From: an uncultured Candidatus Saccharibacteria bacterium
Lineage (GTDB): Bacteria > Patescibacteriota > Minisyncoccia > UBA6257 > 2-01-FULL-56-20
Direction: 5' to 3'
Length of the DNA stretch: 64,000 bases
Assembly (NCBI GenBank): GCA_964505005.1
Contig: CAZDFQ010000002.1
Coordinates: 92,310-156,309, forward strand
How positions within the stretch are numbered: the first letter of the stretch is position 1; each line of letters starts with the position of its first letter. A model generated the notes under the pieces. That model had not been told where the DNA came from. It saw nothing but the letters and a program-made list of their open reading frames with translations, and made no database searches. This document shows, piece by piece, positions 8,687 through 17,028 of this stretch. Both the position numbers and the translations under genes were made by a program.

Positions 8687-9259
8687 ATGTTGTCAATCAA
8701 CGACCTCAAAAATGGAATAATCGTCAAAATCGGCAGCGACCCCTTTGTCGTTTTGTCGGTTAAGCATCTTCATATGGGCCGGGGCGGTTCGAGCGTGCAA
8801 ACGCGAATCAAGAACCTTAAAACCGGCCAGGTTCTGGAGCGGAATTTCAAGCCCGCGGATGAATTTGAAGAAGCGGAAATCGAGAAAATATCGTGCGTTT
8901 TTATTTACGAGAGCCGCGGCGATTATTGGTTCAATGAAGCCGGGAATCCGAAAAACCGCTTCTCGCTTAAAGCCGACGATTTAGCCGAGTCGGCTCAATT
9001 CCTGAAGCCGAATTTAGAGGTTCAGGCGATAAAATACGATGACAAAATTATCAACATCGAGTTGCCGATAAAAGTTGACTATAAAGTCATTGAGGCGCCG
9101 CCTTCAGTGAAAGGAAATACTGCTCAAGGCGGCAGCAAAGTTGTCATTCTTGAAACCGGCGCCAAAATTTCCACACCCCTTTTTATAAATGCCGGCGACA
9201 TCATCCGGGTCAATACCCAGACCGGCGAATACACGGAACGGGTAGAGAAAGCCGCTTAA
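8687..9259 (+). CDS. efp: Elongation factor P
   Basis: MLSINDLKNGIIVKIGSDPFVVLSVKHLHMGRGGSSVQTRIKNLKTGQVLERNFK...; typical EF-P length. Confidence 0.9.
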   Translation: MLSINDLKNGIIVKIGSDPFVVLSVKHLHMGRGGSSVQTRIKNLKTGQVLERNFKPADEFEEAEIEKISCVFIYESRGDYWFNEAGNPKNRFSLKADDLAESAQFLKPNLEVQAIKYDDKIINIELPIKVDYKVIEAPPSVKGNTAQGGSKVVILETGAKISTPLFINAGDIIRVNTQTGEYTERVEKAA

Positions 9260-9354
9260 TATTCGCATGAGCGCATTCGCATTTTCCGCCAGAGGCGGAC
9301 CCGCCTCTGGCGGGCGCGTCACCTCTAAGGCGCGAGCGAGCGCTTTTCGCATGC

Positions 9355-9621
9355 CTAGAATTGGATTACATACAATCCTTTTTCTTCGATTTCTTTTTTC
9401 TGGCCGTAGTCGTCCAAATTGAATTTCATTACTAATTCAACTTTCTTTTCAAGCCGGCGACCAGTGTAATTTTTTATCTGCGGGTCCCATTCTTCAAGAA
9501 TCAGCATATCGCCTTCTTTGATGTCAAAGTCAGCCAGCCGCAGTTCAAATCTTTTTCGGCCGGAATTGACGGCTTCAAAATTGACCGGCCAGATTTTTTT
9601 CCTAACCCCTGTCATAATCAA
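9355..9621 (-). CDS. Hypothetical small protein (possible ASCH/PUA-like fold, DUF3850-like)
   Basis: 88 aa: MIMTGVRKKIWPVNFEAVNSGRKRFELRLADFDIKEGDMLILEEWD.... The family assignment is only by weak resemblance. Confidence 0.3.
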   Translation of the reverse strand: MIMTGVRKKIWPVNFEAVNSGRKRFELRLADFDIKEGDMLILEEWDPQIKNYTGRRLEKKVELVMKFNLDDYGQKKEIEEKGLYVIQF

Positions 9622-9865
9622 CGAAATTTTTATTTAACGCCTCTAAAATTCTCGCGCCCTTTTCCCCGTAGGAAATAAAGCGTAGGCCGTCAGAGGGTGC
9701 AGGAGTTGCAGAATAATTGCCGCCCCTCTTTATTTTCTCGGTTTATTATGGTTTCTGCTCGCATCACGCTTTTCCCCGTAGGAATTAATTCCTACGGGGT
9801 TTTCTGGCAATTTCCTACGGGGCTTGCGATTGAATTGCCTCTACTTACTGCTCACCACCTACTAC

Positions 9866-10213
9866 TTACTGAGTAGCAAATTTATTATATAGCCAGCCGA
9901 AGACCCAGCCGAGGATAAATCCGAGAATCAGATTTTCGATAACAACTATCACCAGCCCTGTCCAGGAATAACTGAAAAACGGGTGAAAGCCGCCGAGCGT
10001 AGAAATCGTAAGGTAACCGATGCCAGTCAGAAGCGAAAACCCCATCGCCAGTAGCCAGGAGCCGGCGGCCACAATCGCTGCCGTATAGCCCAGCGCCTTA
10101 GGATTGAATTGCATATAGTTTTCATTTTTTGCGACCTTTCTGCTTTGAATATTTAAAAAACTCAATCTACTTCCTGTTTCAGTCGTTTCTCGGCTTCTTC
10201 TTTGGTATCGCAT
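9866..10213 (-). CDS. Hypothetical membrane protein (3 TM). The true start may be the internal Met near 10114.
   Basis: MQFNPKALGYTAAIVAAGSWLLAMGFSLLTGIGYLTISTLGGFHPFFSYSWTGLVIVVIENLILGFILGWVFGWLY. Confidence 0.4.
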   Translation of the reverse strand: MRYQRRSRETTETGSRLSFLNIQSRKVAKNENYMQFNPKALGYTAAIVAAGSWLLAMGFSLLTGIGYLTISTLGGFHPFFSYSWTGLVIVVIENLILGFILGWVFGWLYNKFATQ

Positions 10214-10397
10214 CTTCCGAAAACCCGGCCGGTGGTTTCCGGAAGAATCACATACTTATCTTTGATTTTTTAATCATAACATTCCTGCAGGCTGGCAGAT
10301 AGACAAGGCGCCTGCCAATGTGAAGTCCGCCACGAATTCGTTATGCCTAAGTCGGCTGTTATGCTATAGCACAACACTCGGTTGTTTATTGCGCCCC

Positions 10398-11093
10398 TCA
10401 TAACTCCTCGAGTTTTTTGGCTTGCCCGATGTCAATGTTGCCGATTCTCGTCCGCCGCAATTCTTGAAGCATTGCCGGAACGCCGAGTCGCCGGCCGATT
10501 TCTTCAGCCACCGCCCGAGCATAAGTTCCTTTTTCCGCTTTCATTTCGATTCGGAGAATAATTTGCTTCGGCCACTGGATTATTTTTAGAAGTTTTAGAT
10601 AGAAAATTTTCGTTTGGCGGAATCTCTGTTCAATTGGCAGTCCTCGGCGCGCGTATTTATAAAGGGGAACACCTTTGTGTTTTACAGCTGAATAGTGGGG
10701 GATAGGCAATTCGAGTTCACCCTCCATCTCTTTAAGAATTTTTTTGAGAAACTGAATATCCACTTTTTTTGCCTTTTTGTTATTCTCTAATTCGTTCGAA
10801 TTAGAGAAGATAACTTTCTCTTCTTCGATAATTTTCCCTTCCGGGTCGCCAGTATCAGTGCATCTGCCGAGAAGAACAGCCAGCCGATAGGTTTTCGGCA
10901 AACTGGCATATTCTTTCAGTTTTTTCGTCCCCTTGCCGACGCCGATTATCAGAAGGCCGGTGGCGAACGGGTCCAGGGTGCCGCTGTGCCCCATTTTTTT
11001 GATGCCTAATTTCTTTCTCAATTGCCGGATGACATCAAAAGAGCTTAGGCCTTTCGGTTTATCAATGAAAATTATTTCCGGCGGCTGTTCCAT
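10398..11093 (-). CDS. truB: tRNA pseudouridine(55) synthase TruB. It contains a 26-bp palindrome in-frame.
   Basis: IDKPKGLSSFDVIRQLRKKLGIKKMGHSGTLDPFATGLLIIGVGKGTKKL (TruB catalytic Asp motif) and PHYSAVKHKGVPLYKYARRG. Confidence 0.85.
   Translation of the reverse strand: MEQPPEIIFIDKPKGLSSFDVIRQLRKKLGIKKMGHSGTLDPFATGLLIIGVGKGTKKLKEYASLPKTYRLAVLLGRCTDTGDPEGKIIEEEKVIFSNSNELENNKKAKKVDIQFLKKILKEMEGELELPIPHYSAVKHKGVPLYKYARRGLPIEQRFRQTKIFYLKLLKIIQWPKQIILRIEMKAEKGTYARAVAEEIGRRLGVPAMLQELRRTRIGNIDIGQAKKLEEL
10783..10808. repeat. 26-bp near-perfect palindrome ttctctaattcg-tt-cgaattagagaa lying inside the truB reading frame
   Basis: The left half is the reverse complement of the right half, separated by a 2-nt centre. 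It encodes part of the SNSNELENNK segment of TruB. Confidence 0.6.
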
Positions 11094-11489
11094 TTATCTT
11101 ACTCTGGTTTTCTTATCCAAACGTTTAGCTTGATGCCCCGCCGGCGCGTTATTCTCGTTTTGGTGGGCAGGCAGGGCCGCCAAGTCCGCTGGCGTTCGTA
11201 AATCGTTTTTTCGGCAATAAAACGCCTCGGCGTCCGGAAAGCAGTTTTGCCCCTTTTGGTTCGTCTGGAAGAATAGTTTTTCATCGTTAAAGTAATTTTA
11301 TCAATTCTTCAGGTGACTACAAAATTTAGGGGTAAATTATTTTACCTTTCTTTATTTTTAGAAAAGGCGTCGGTTTATCGAATGGGCGTTGCCGCAGTAG
11401 CGGCAACGCCCTTCTTGCTTTTCAAGTTGTCTAAATCCGCTTTTTTTGTTACATTACGAAAACAGAGTTTTTACAATCCGCCAGCTGAA

Positions 11490-12833
11490 ATGGTTCTCAG
11501 TAAAAGAAAAAATTTAGACAAAAAAGCTCGTGTATTCGTGGCAATGTCCGGCGGCGTGGATTCGTCGGTCGCGGCTTGGCTGTTGCAAAAGCAGGGTTAT
11601 GATGTTATCGGCGTTTTTATGAAATGTGTCGGCCCCTCGACGGGGTTCGGGGTAGACTGTGCCGAGAGCGATGCCGAGGATGCCCGCCGGGTTGCTGAAA
11701 AATTAAGTATTCCTTTTTATGTTTGGGATTTTGAAGAGGAATACAAGCGCCGGGTGATGGATTATATGATTGACGGCTACCGGCAAGGGCTGACGCCGAA
11801 TCCGGATGTGATGTGTAACCGCGAAATTAAATTTGGGCTTTTTTTGGAGAGAGCGCTCGAAATGGGGGCGGATTATGTGGCAACAGGGCACTATGTGCGG
11901 AAACTTTGTTTTGCGAGAACCGGCGTCGCTCCGACTCCGGCGGTCGGAGCGCGCCTGCATCTCGGTTCTGCGGCTCGCTTACGGCGAGACCAAGCCCGCA
12001 GAACCTCCGATAGCTTCTCGCAAAACAAAGTTTCCTTTGGATTGGGTATTGCAAGGGATTTGAATAAGGACCAATCCTACTTCCTCTGGACTCTGAATCA
12101 GGAGCAGTTGAAGCCCTGCCTTTTTCCAATTGGCGATTATCTTAAATCCGAAGTTCGGGAAATCGCCCGTCAAGCCGGTTTGCCGACCGCCGACAAAAAG
12201 GATTCCCAGGGTATTTGTTTTTTGGGTAAGGTAACGCTTGATGAGTTTCTGAAGCAATATATTCCGGCGCGGCGCGGGGCGGTTTTAACGACTACCGGCC
12301 AGGAAATCGGCGAACATCAGGGTGCCCAGTTTTATACAATCGGACAAAGGCATATTTCGATCGCGAATCGCCAAGGGCAAATCGCCAATAGTCAGCCGCT
12401 CTATGTTGCCGAAAAAGATGTTGCAGCTAATATGCTGGTAGTCGCCGAAGGCGAGGACAATCCGATGCTCTATAAAGAGGAAGTTGAATTAAAGGATGTC
12501 AATTTTATCAGCCCAGAACATTCTAACATTCTGCAGAATGTTAGAATGTCAGTATCGGCTCGAGTTCGTTATCGCCAACCGTTGGTACCGGCAATCCTCT
12601 ATAAGCTAAAAGCTAAAAGCTATAAACTCGTTTTTGACCAGCCGGTCAAATTCGTGGCCCCGGGTCAGTCCGCGGTGTTTTACAAAAAGGGACAAGGGAC
12701 AAGGGACCCCGCACCAAAGCCCCGAAGGAGAACAAGTTCCCTACGGGGCAGGCAAGCTTGGTACGGGGCAGGCAAGAGAGAGGGAGAGTTCGAGCTGCTG
12801 GGCGGCGGAATAATAAAAACTGTTATGCTATAG
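11490..12833 (+). CDS. mnmA: tRNA-specific 2-thiouridylase MnmA, enlarged by two in-frame repeat insertions
   Basis: VFVAMSGGVDSSVAAWLL (PP-loop), ATGHYVR, NKDQSYFLW, KKDSQGICFLG and ELLGGGII. About 447 aa from the ATG at 11490, versus about 360 aa for the canonical protein. Upstream hairpin gggcgttgccgc-agta-gcggcaacgccc plus a U-run at 11384-11420. Confidence 0.85.
   Translation: MVLSKRKNLDKKARVFVAMSGGVDSSVAAWLLQKQGYDVIGVFMKCVGPSTGFGVDCAESDAEDARRVAEKLSIPFYVWDFEEEYKRRVMDYMIDGYRQGLTPNPDVMCNREIKFGLFLERALEMGADYVATGHYVRKLCFARTGVAPTPAVGARLHLGSAARLRRDQARRTSDSFSQNKVSFGLGIARDLNKDQSYFLWTLNQEQLKPCLFPIGDYLKSEVREIARQAGLPTADKKDSQGICFLGKVTLDEFLKQYIPARRGAVLTTTGQEIGEHQGAQFYTIGQRHISIANRQGQIANSQPLYVAEKDVAANMLVVAEGEDNPMLYKEEVELKDVNFISPEHSNILQNVRMSVSARVRYRQPLVPAILYKLKAKSYKLVFDQPVKFVAPGQSAVFYKKGQGTRDPAPKPRRRTSSLRGRQAWYGAGKREGEFELLGGGIIKTVML
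11899..12035. repeat. 137-bp palindromic element with perfect 21-bp terminal inverted repeats, inserted in-frame in mnmA
   Basis: Left IR ggaaactttgttttgcgagaa (11899-11919) is the exact reverse complement of the right IR ttctcgcaaaacaaagtttcc (12015-12035). The interior carries nested palindromes such as cgctccgac...gtcggagcg. It encodes a ~45-aa extra block between ATGHYVRK and GLGIARDLNKDQSYFL. Confidence 0.7.
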
Positions 12834-12912
12834 CATAACACCTGCACTTCTTGTTTATACGATTGCCATTTTTCACCAATGGTACAGATTCAGTAATCTT
12901 AGCTTTACAACT

Positions 12913-13482
12913 ATGATTTTATTATTTACTGGGAACGGTAAAGGTAAGACGACCGCTTCGCTTGGGCAGATGGTCCGTGTTCTTGGCCGCGGCAAAAACG
13001 CTTTGATGATTCAATTTATCAAAGGGCTGTGGAAATCAGGAGAAGACGAGTTCGCCAATATGTTTAATGAGACAAGAGACAAGAAACAAGGTAAAAAATC
13101 CGTGTCCCGTGTCCCGTGTCCCATGTTTCAGATTCGCAAAATGGGGCTCGGTTTTGTCGGCATTCTCGGTGATAAACTGCCGCGGAAAGAGCATCAGAAA
13201 GCCGCGGAAAAAGCCCTGGAGTATTTCAAAGACCAGGTAAGAACCGGCCAATGGTATTTAATTGTCCTGGATGAGATTAATGTGGCTGTTTCCTTGGGGC
13301 TGCTTACTGTCAAAGCGGTTAGGGAAGCCATCGAAGATTTTCCCAAAGACCGGCTTTTGATTTTAACCGGCCGCCAGGCCGCGCCGGAACTTATTGAAAT
13401 TGCTGACCTGGTTACGGAAATGAAGGAAATAAAACATCCGTTTAAAGAAGGCAAGCTGGCAGAATACGGCATAGAATTCTGA
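12913..13482 (+). CDS. Cob(I)alamin / corrinoid adenosyltransferase family protein (CobO/BtuR-like P-loop)
   Basis: FTGNGKGKTTASLG P-loop, IQFIKG, LIVLDEI and LILTGRQAAPELIEIADLVTEMKEIKH. It contains an inserted heptamer-repeat block at 13069-13122. Confidence 0.65.
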   Translation: MILLFTGNGKGKTTASLGQMVRVLGRGKNALMIQFIKGLWKSGEDEFANMFNETRDKKQGKKSVSRVPCPMFQIRKMGLGFVGILGDKLPRKEHQKAAEKALEYFKDQVRTGQWYLIVLDEINVAVSLGLLTVKAVREAIEDFPKDRLLILTGRQAAPELIEIADLVTEMKEIKHPFKEGKLAEYGIEF

Positions 13483-13575
13483 ACTTTACATTTGTTTGCC
13501 TCTCTTTTATAATTGCCAATCGAGGGAGAAGTAAAGAATCCCTGTTTTTGTTTCGAAAAGAAAATAATTTTTTCT

Positions 13576-14418
13576 ATGCCTGAAACAACCAATAATAAAA
13601 TTAGTAGTCCTGACAATAATGTTGCAGCCGTTGACTTGTATCCTGATGAACGGTTCAAAGAATTGATTGAGGCCGGCGTCTTTTACGGCCGGAAAAAGAC
13701 CAAGACCAATCCACGGATGAGGCCGTTTATTTTGGCAACCAGAAATAACATTGAAATCATCAATCTCCAGAAAACTTTGGAAGGCCTGGAAAAAGCCCTG
13801 GTTTTTTTGAAAGAAAAATTCAGAAACAAAGAGACAATTCTTTTGGTTGGCACCCAGCCCCAGGCGAGCGACGACACAGCCAAACTCGCCGAAGAATTTA
13901 ATTTGCCTTTAGTGAACACCAGATGGCCCGGTGGACTCCTGACCAATTTCAAAATAATTTCCAAGCGCGTCGATTATTATAAAAAGTTGAAGAGCGAACT
14001 TCAGAGCGGCGCCCTGGAAAAATACACCAAAAAAGAGCGACTGGGCTTTGAGCGGGAAATCCGGCGCTTGAAAGAACTTTTTGCCGGCTTGGAGAATCTC
14101 GTTTCTTTGCCCGGGGCAGTCGTTGTCATTGACTCCAATGTCCATTCAACCGCGATTCGCGAGGCCCGACGCCTGAAAATTCCTATAGTTGCTTATGTTA
14201 ATACTGACGTTGACCCGGAATCAGTTGATTATCCGGTTATTGGCAACACCAAGGCGCGGAAGAGCATCGATTGGTTTTTAAGCAAAGTGGCTGAAGCTCT
14301 TAAAGAAGCAGCAGTAGCGCCAGTTCCAGTAGTCGAAGCTGAAGCGTCGGTCGGGTCAGCCAGCGAAAGTGAAAAAAACCGGCTGACCAAAATATCTGAG
14401 CATCAAGTCAATGGCTGA
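13576..14418 (+). CDS. rpsB: 30S ribosomal protein S2
   Basis: LIEAGVFYGRKKTKTNPRMRPFI...LLVGTQPQA...WPGGLLTNF...AVVVIDSNVHSTAIREARRLKIPIVAYVNTDVDP. Start moved to the ATG at 13576. Confidence 0.9.
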   Translation: MPETTNNKISSPDNNVAAVDLYPDERFKELIEAGVFYGRKKTKTNPRMRPFILATRNNIEIINLQKTLEGLEKALVFLKEKFRNKETILLVGTQPQASDDTAKLAEEFNLPLVNTRWPGGLLTNFKIISKRVDYYKKLKSELQSGALEKYTKKERLGFEREIRRLKELFAGLENLVSLPGAVVVIDSNVHSTAIREARRLKIPIVAYVNTDVDPESVDYPVIGNTKARKSIDWFLSKVAEALKEAAVAPVPVVEAEASVGSASESEKNRLTKISEHQVNG

Positions 14419-14860
14419 CGACGTTCAAATCATAAAAAAATTAAGAGAGATTACTGGCGCCGGCGTAATGGAATGCAAGGAAGCGCTTCGTGAAGCAGCA
14501 GGTGATTTTGACAAGGCAATTAAAATTATTCATGAACGCGGCTTGGCCAAAGTGGAGAAGCGGGCTGGCCGAGAAGCCGGGGCTGGCCTTATTGAATCCT
14601 ACATTCATAATGAGAGAATCGGCGTGTTGGTGGATGTCCGGGCCGAGACGGATTTCGTAGTGCGGAGCGAACCATTCCGCCAATTAGCCCATGAAATTGC
14701 CATGCAGATTGCCGCCCTGGCGCCAGTCGATGTTGAAGAACTTTTGAAACAACCATATATTAAAGATGAGTCGAAAACAATCGGCGATTTGATAAAAGAA
14801 ACCATTGCCAAAGTCGGCGAGAATATAAAAATCAGGGCCTTTTCGCGAATGGAAATATAG
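14411..14860 (+). CDS. tsf: Elongation factor Ts (short ~150 aa form)
   Basis: IKKLREITGAGVMECKEALREAAGDFDKAIKII (UBA-like N-terminus) plus the dimerisation core. An rpsB-tsf operon is the conserved arrangement. Confidence 0.85.
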   Translation: MADDVQIIKKLREITGAGVMECKEALREAAGDFDKAIKIIHERGLAKVEKRAGREAGAGLIESYIHNERIGVLVDVRAETDFVVRSEPFRQLAHEIAMQIAALAPVDVEELLKQPYIKDESKTIGDLIKETIAKVGENIKIRAFSRMEI

Positions 14861-14865
14861 TAGAA

Positions 14866-15012
14866 AAATCAAATATCAAATATCAAAATGCAAAATGACA
14901 GATAAAAATTCAAAAATTATTTACTTTAACCAATTTTAAATTTTACCTTGTCATTTTTCCGCCAAAGGCGGATCAGCCTCGGGCTTGAGATTTTTGAATT
15001 TTGCATTTTTAA
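14866..15012. repeat. Composite element: AT-rich inverted arms (caaaatgcaaaatg...cattttgcattttt) around a GC hairpin ccgccaaaggcgg-atcagcctcgggct. A second copy lies inverted at 38497-38575.
   Basis: The reverse complement of 38505-38575 matches 14951-15010 nearly base for base. Confidence 0.55.
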
Positions 15013-15015
15013 TTT

Positions 15016-15396
15016 ATGATACAGTTCATTCTCACCACCGTTTTAATGGTTTCGCTCGGCACGATTCTTTATCTCGTGGCGCGTTCTTTGCCGCGGATTG
15101 AAGAAGAGCAGCCGGCTGACGGCACGCTTCTTGAACGTTGGGCCGCTTCCGAGATACCGGAAAAAGTTGACGCGGCCTTCAACGGTTTTTTGATGAAATT
15201 CCTCCGTAAGCTTAAAGTGGTTCTTTTGAAAATTGACAACTATTTGACCGACCATCTCAAAAAAATCTCCTCATCCGCCAATGGCGGAGGCAACGACAAG
15301 CCGAAAATTGATTTCAAAGACATCAACGGTTCTGAACCAAACGTTGCCGACATCCCTGTCGGAGTTGAAAAAACGCCGGAATCGGGCGATAATTGA
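15016..15396 (+). CDS. Hypothetical membrane-anchored protein
   Basis: N-terminal TM FILTTVLMVSLGTILYLVA; no recognisable domain. Confidence 0.35.
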   Translation: MIQFILTTVLMVSLGTILYLVARSLPRIEEEQPADGTLLERWAASEIPEKVDAAFNGFLMKFLRKLKVVLLKIDNYLTDHLKKISSSANGGGNDKPKIDFKDINGSEPNVADIPVGVEKTPESGDN

Positions 15397-15513
15397 TTTA
15401 GAAAACTCCTTATCTGCTGAATATTATTGATAGTTGTTGCCTTTTCGTGCAGCGCGCAGGTGGCAGCCAGCCCAAGGCTGGTCGGCCTCGGGCCGAAGCG
15501 GTCAATCTTTTTC

Positions 15514-15765
15514 ATGTATTTTGTTTACATCTTGAAAAGCAATAGGAGCGGTAAGCTTTACAAAGGCTCAACTTCAGATTTAAGACGTCGCCTCAAAGAG
15601 CATAATAACAGAGAAGAATATTCTACAAAAAGTGGCATCCCATGGAAATTGGTCTATTATGAATGTTTTTTGAATAAATCAGACGCGCTTCGAGAAGAGA
15701 AATTTCTTAAATCCGGGAAGGGTAGAGAACGAATTAAATTTTTGTTAAAATATACTTTGAAATAA
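15514..15765 (+). CDS. GIY-YIG nuclease-domain protein (YhbQ/UPF0213-like), ending 3 nt before tRNA-Tyr
   Basis: MYFVYILKSNRSGKLYKGSTSDLRRRLKEHNN (GIY...YIG motifs). Start placed at the ATG 15514 by homology. Confidence 0.7.
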   Translation: MYFVYILKSNRSGKLYKGSTSDLRRRLKEHNNREEYSTKSGIPWKLVYYECFLNKSDALREEKFLKSGKGRERIKFLLKYTLK

Positions 15766-15768
15766 TTT

Positions 15769-15856
15769 GCGCAGGTGGCAGAGCGGTCAATTGCACTTGA
15801 CTGTAAATCAAGCGCCCTTTCGGGCTACGGGGGTTCGAATCCCTCCCTGCGCACCA
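15769..15856 (+). tRNA. tRNA-Tyr (anticodon GTA), long variable arm, encoded CCA
   Basis: Acceptor gcgcagg/cctgcgc, anticodon stem cttga/tcaag with loop ctgtaaa, long variable arm cgccctttcgggctac, T-arm ggggg-ttcgaat-ccctc. Confidence 0.7.
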
Positions 15857-16050
15857 ATCAGGAAAAGTCAATGCCTCGCGGCGGCTGTGCCGCCGCTCGG
15901 CTACCAAATCGTACGGATTTTTTGGGCTCAAAACGGAACTGGCGGTTTTCGGTGGGAAAAGAAAATTTTTTCATAAGGATGTTAAAGTATGAGCTTAGCT
16001 TTGAAAGGTCGACCTTTTTATAAATTATTATAAAAAAATAAAAGATAATT

Positions 16051-16551
16051 ATGGGATTTGAAACTCCTAAGATGCCGTCGCCGGAAGAAATGGCGAAACT
16101 GGAAAAAAGTAGGACATTATCTGATGCGGAATTATTAAAAAATGAGTCAGGATTTCCTGGCGAGGAAACGGCAGAATACAAGTTCGATAAACAAGGCAAT
16201 AAACAACTTGAGGTTCCAGAGGAGGACATAGAAGTTGCGAGGAGAGAAATGAATTCAGAAATAGCCATAAAGAATGCTGATTCTTTTGAAGAGTTAGGGA
16301 CCGCGCTCCTTAAAGATAAAAAATTCACTAGCGAATTAATCGGCCCTTTAGATCAATATGGGATAGAGGGTGTGGTTCGCCAAATCGAACGTTTAAGAAC
16401 AATAAAAAGAAATGGCTCATCAGAATATTTCTATAAAGATTGGATACCAGAAGGTGGAGGCTTAAGAGCAAAAGTTTTTGAATTGATGGAGAGAGAGTTT
16501 GGTAAAGATTGGTTCACAGATATTTCCTGGGGAAAGAAAAAAGAGAAATAG
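16051..16551 (+). CDS. Hypothetical protein (166 aa) in the AT-rich island
   Basis: No recognisable motif; acidic N-terminus. The local GC is well below the window average. Confidence 0.4.
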   Translation: MGFETPKMPSPEEMAKLEKSRTLSDAELLKNESGFPGEETAEYKFDKQGNKQLEVPEEDIEVARREMNSEIAIKNADSFEELGTALLKDKKFTSELIGPLDQYGIEGVVRQIERLRTIKRNGSSEYFYKDWIPEGGGLRAKVFELMEREFGKDWFTDISWGKKKEK

Positions 16552-16770
16552 AATAATCTTTGGTAAATCTTTTTAAGGTATTCTCTCCACAGACTCATTT
16601 TTATTTTCCGCCAAAGAAAAACTTGAAATTGTCAACGGTGTGGCTCCGCCGCAATTCGGATTTTTCGCGGGGGGCTTTCCTCGCCGCCGCAGGCGGCGAA
16701 ATGCGTTCGAACTATTTTAAGTATTCTGCACACTTCGATTTGCTACCGCTCGCTCAGTGTTACGCTAAAA

Positions 16771-17028
16771 ATGATAATTTTTACTAGACATGCTAGAAAT
16801 AAATTTGAAATTCTAAAAAGACATAAATTTTTAGTTCCTGAAAAACAAATTTTTAAAACTATAGAAGAACCAGATTTAATTGATAAATCCCGCTTGCCTA
16901 TTTTGATTGCTCAGCGAAAAATTGACAAAACTTATGTTTTAAGAGTAGTGTATAAAAAGGAAAATGGGATTATAAAAGTAATCACCTTCTACCCGGGGGG
17001 GCGGAAACAATATGAAAAACAAAAATAA
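16771..17028 (+). CDS. DUF4258 (BrnT-like, RelE/ParE superfamily) putative ribonuclease toxin
   Basis: RHARNKFEIL...YVLRVVYKKENGIIKVITFYPGG, the typical DUF4258 C-terminus. It overlaps the next ORF by 17 nt. Confidence 0.55.
   Translation: MIIFTRHARNKFEILKRHKFLVPEKQIFKTIEEPDLIDKSRLPILIAQRKIDKTYVLRVVYKKENGIIKVITFYPGGRKQYEKQK

Noticed and set aside
11313-11489. N-terminal 59-aa extension of mnmA given in the ORF track
   Set aside because: It contains a strong terminator-like hairpin (gggcgttgccgc-agta-gcggcaacgccc plus a T-run) and has no homology. The conserved MnmA N-terminus begins at the ATG 11490.
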